Part shown: positions 47,963 through 49,184 of the stretch, in pieces
How the letters are laid out: every line of letters begins with the position of its first letter
Position numbering within the stretch: the first letter of the stretch is position 1
From: Ministeria vibrans ATCC 50519
Lineage: Eukaryota > Protista > Filasterea
Assembly (NCBI GenBank): GCA_943704425.1
Contig: CALSCP010000324.1
Coordinates: 22,732 to 71,915, forward strand
DNA length: 49,184 nucleotides
Direction: 5' to 3'
Translations under genes and position numbers: made by a program
The notes under the pieces: model-generated
What the model was told of the DNA's origin: nothing
Seen by the model: the letters and a program-made list of their open reading frames with translations, nothing else
Databases searched by the model: none

Positions 47963-48731
47963 ATGTCTTGGGGCGGTTTCGGACAACCTGCCGCCCGTCC
48001 TGCTTTTGGCTCTGCCTTTGCTGGCGGAGTTCCAGGTCCAACGCCTACCACCGCAACAGACCCAATGTCGACAGTGCAAAAGGGCCCCGCAGTTCGTGTA
48101 TTTGTGCGACCTTCTCCAAACTCTTCCGCGTTGGAAGAAACTCTATTCCCGGCGACGGTCGTCATGCGGTCTGTTGATGAGGACACAATGGTGGTCAACG
48201 AATCCACCGTCAAATTCGTGAAAGAAGACTCGTCGTTTCAGGTTTCTATAGAAATTGAAGTTGACTCCACTGACTCTCCCCTGACTGTAGATAAAAGGCC
48301 CTTCATTCGAGTGCACAGTCAAACCTACACACAGCAAAAAGTCGTTTGTCATTGTCTCGGGCGAGGGGCTTCTCCACAAAATCCAGCTTGGATCGGCCGA
48401 GTTTGGTGGCCGCCCAGTTGAGACAGTCGCAAACTCTCCTGACATTCCACTCGGGCTCCGCAATCTGCAGCAGAAGCTCGGTGGTACCGTTACTAACCCA
48501 TGTCTTGGAACACCGCCTGTCATTGTGCAACAGTCGAGCTTCATCGACGCCGTCTCGGTGTACTTGGAGAGCGATTTTGAGTTGCACGGTGGACTTGTCA
48601 TGAATGAGAAAGGTTTCCACCAGGCGGTCACGCGCGATCGGGTAGTGGCCAATGCGGACTGGCAGATGATCAACCAAAGGGTGTTTCAGGGAACGAAGAC
48701 CCATTCAGAGAGCGAATGTGACGAACAATGA
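47963..48731 (+). CDS. Hypothetical protein (2 exons, approx. 47963-48241 and 48291-48731)
   Basis: The ORF from MSWGGFGQPAARPAFG joins via a GT..TGTAG intron to an open frame ending SESECDEQ*. No family recognised. Confidence 0.5.
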
Positions 48732-49184
48732 GTATACACATGTTCGCTTCAGCATCGGTATTCCCAACCTCGTTAGTATTTGTTTGCTGGTGATCGCTTT
48801 TAGTACTCGGTAGATGAGGAAAGTGCCAGAGCTAAAGAGGCATAAAAGCGTGAGAAAACTGATCAAATAAGCAGAGGATGTGACACCCGTAGATATAGGT
48901 GTGGCTGTGGTGGTTGCTGTGATTTTGCTGTTGCAGGTCCAATTGCTCAAAATGTCCGTTGCGGACGCGACGGACATCACGAAAGACTCCCTCAGTTAGC
49001 TCACTTAGCTGGTGAATATAGATGTGAGGGACGAGCCAGTCTCCTGGGATTGTACTTGTGTCACTTCAGTCTAGTCAGATTCGCCCAGATTCGCCCACCA
49101 ATCTTCAATTTGATTTCCACAGAAGACCAAACAACCCCCCTCCCCCCTCTCTCTCACACACACATATCCTCATAAGGGGGGGGG

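Noticed and set aside
48705-48980. Minus-strand ORF with a hydrophobic stretch
   Set aside because: It may be the last exon of a gene beyond the window, but there is no recognisable domain or reliable start.

Overview
Compact, intron-rich eukaryotic DNA with GT-AG introns, microsatellite-filled introns and two small scaffold gaps. It is most likely from a unicellular holozoan; this is inferred from gene content (CAPS, SMCR8, SOD-repeat protein, IP3R-like fragment, TTAGGG repeat), not from a search. Genes from left to right: 3' part of an SMCR8 homolog, BiP/HSPA5, a CAPS/UNC-31 homolog with an extra Munc13-type C1 domain (- strand), ARMC8, and NAT10/Kre33. One NAT10 'intron' holds a 2.8-kb block with a MAP2K 3' fragment and a RING/TRAF-zinc-finger/BTB gene ending in the ribosomal P-stalk motif [13 protein letters not shown]; the nesting is probably an assembly misjoin. 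Next come CHORDC1, a SEL1-repeat protein, USP12/46, a GST-like protein, an intron-containing KDG kinase-KDPG aldolase fusion, AMPK beta, and a transmembrane six-domain Cu/Zn-SOD-fold protein lacking most metal-binding histidines. The last ~7 kb is accessory-like: a 245-bp tandem duplication, a decayed LINE, an IP3R-like gene fragment, an interstitial TTAGGG tract, a secreted 24-aa repeat (receptor L-domain-like) protein and a hypothetical gene. Best candidates for new biology are the P-stalk-mimic E3 ligase, the C1-containing CAPS and the KdgK-Eda fusion. All homology calls are from recognition of motifs by eye, and exon boundaries are manual.
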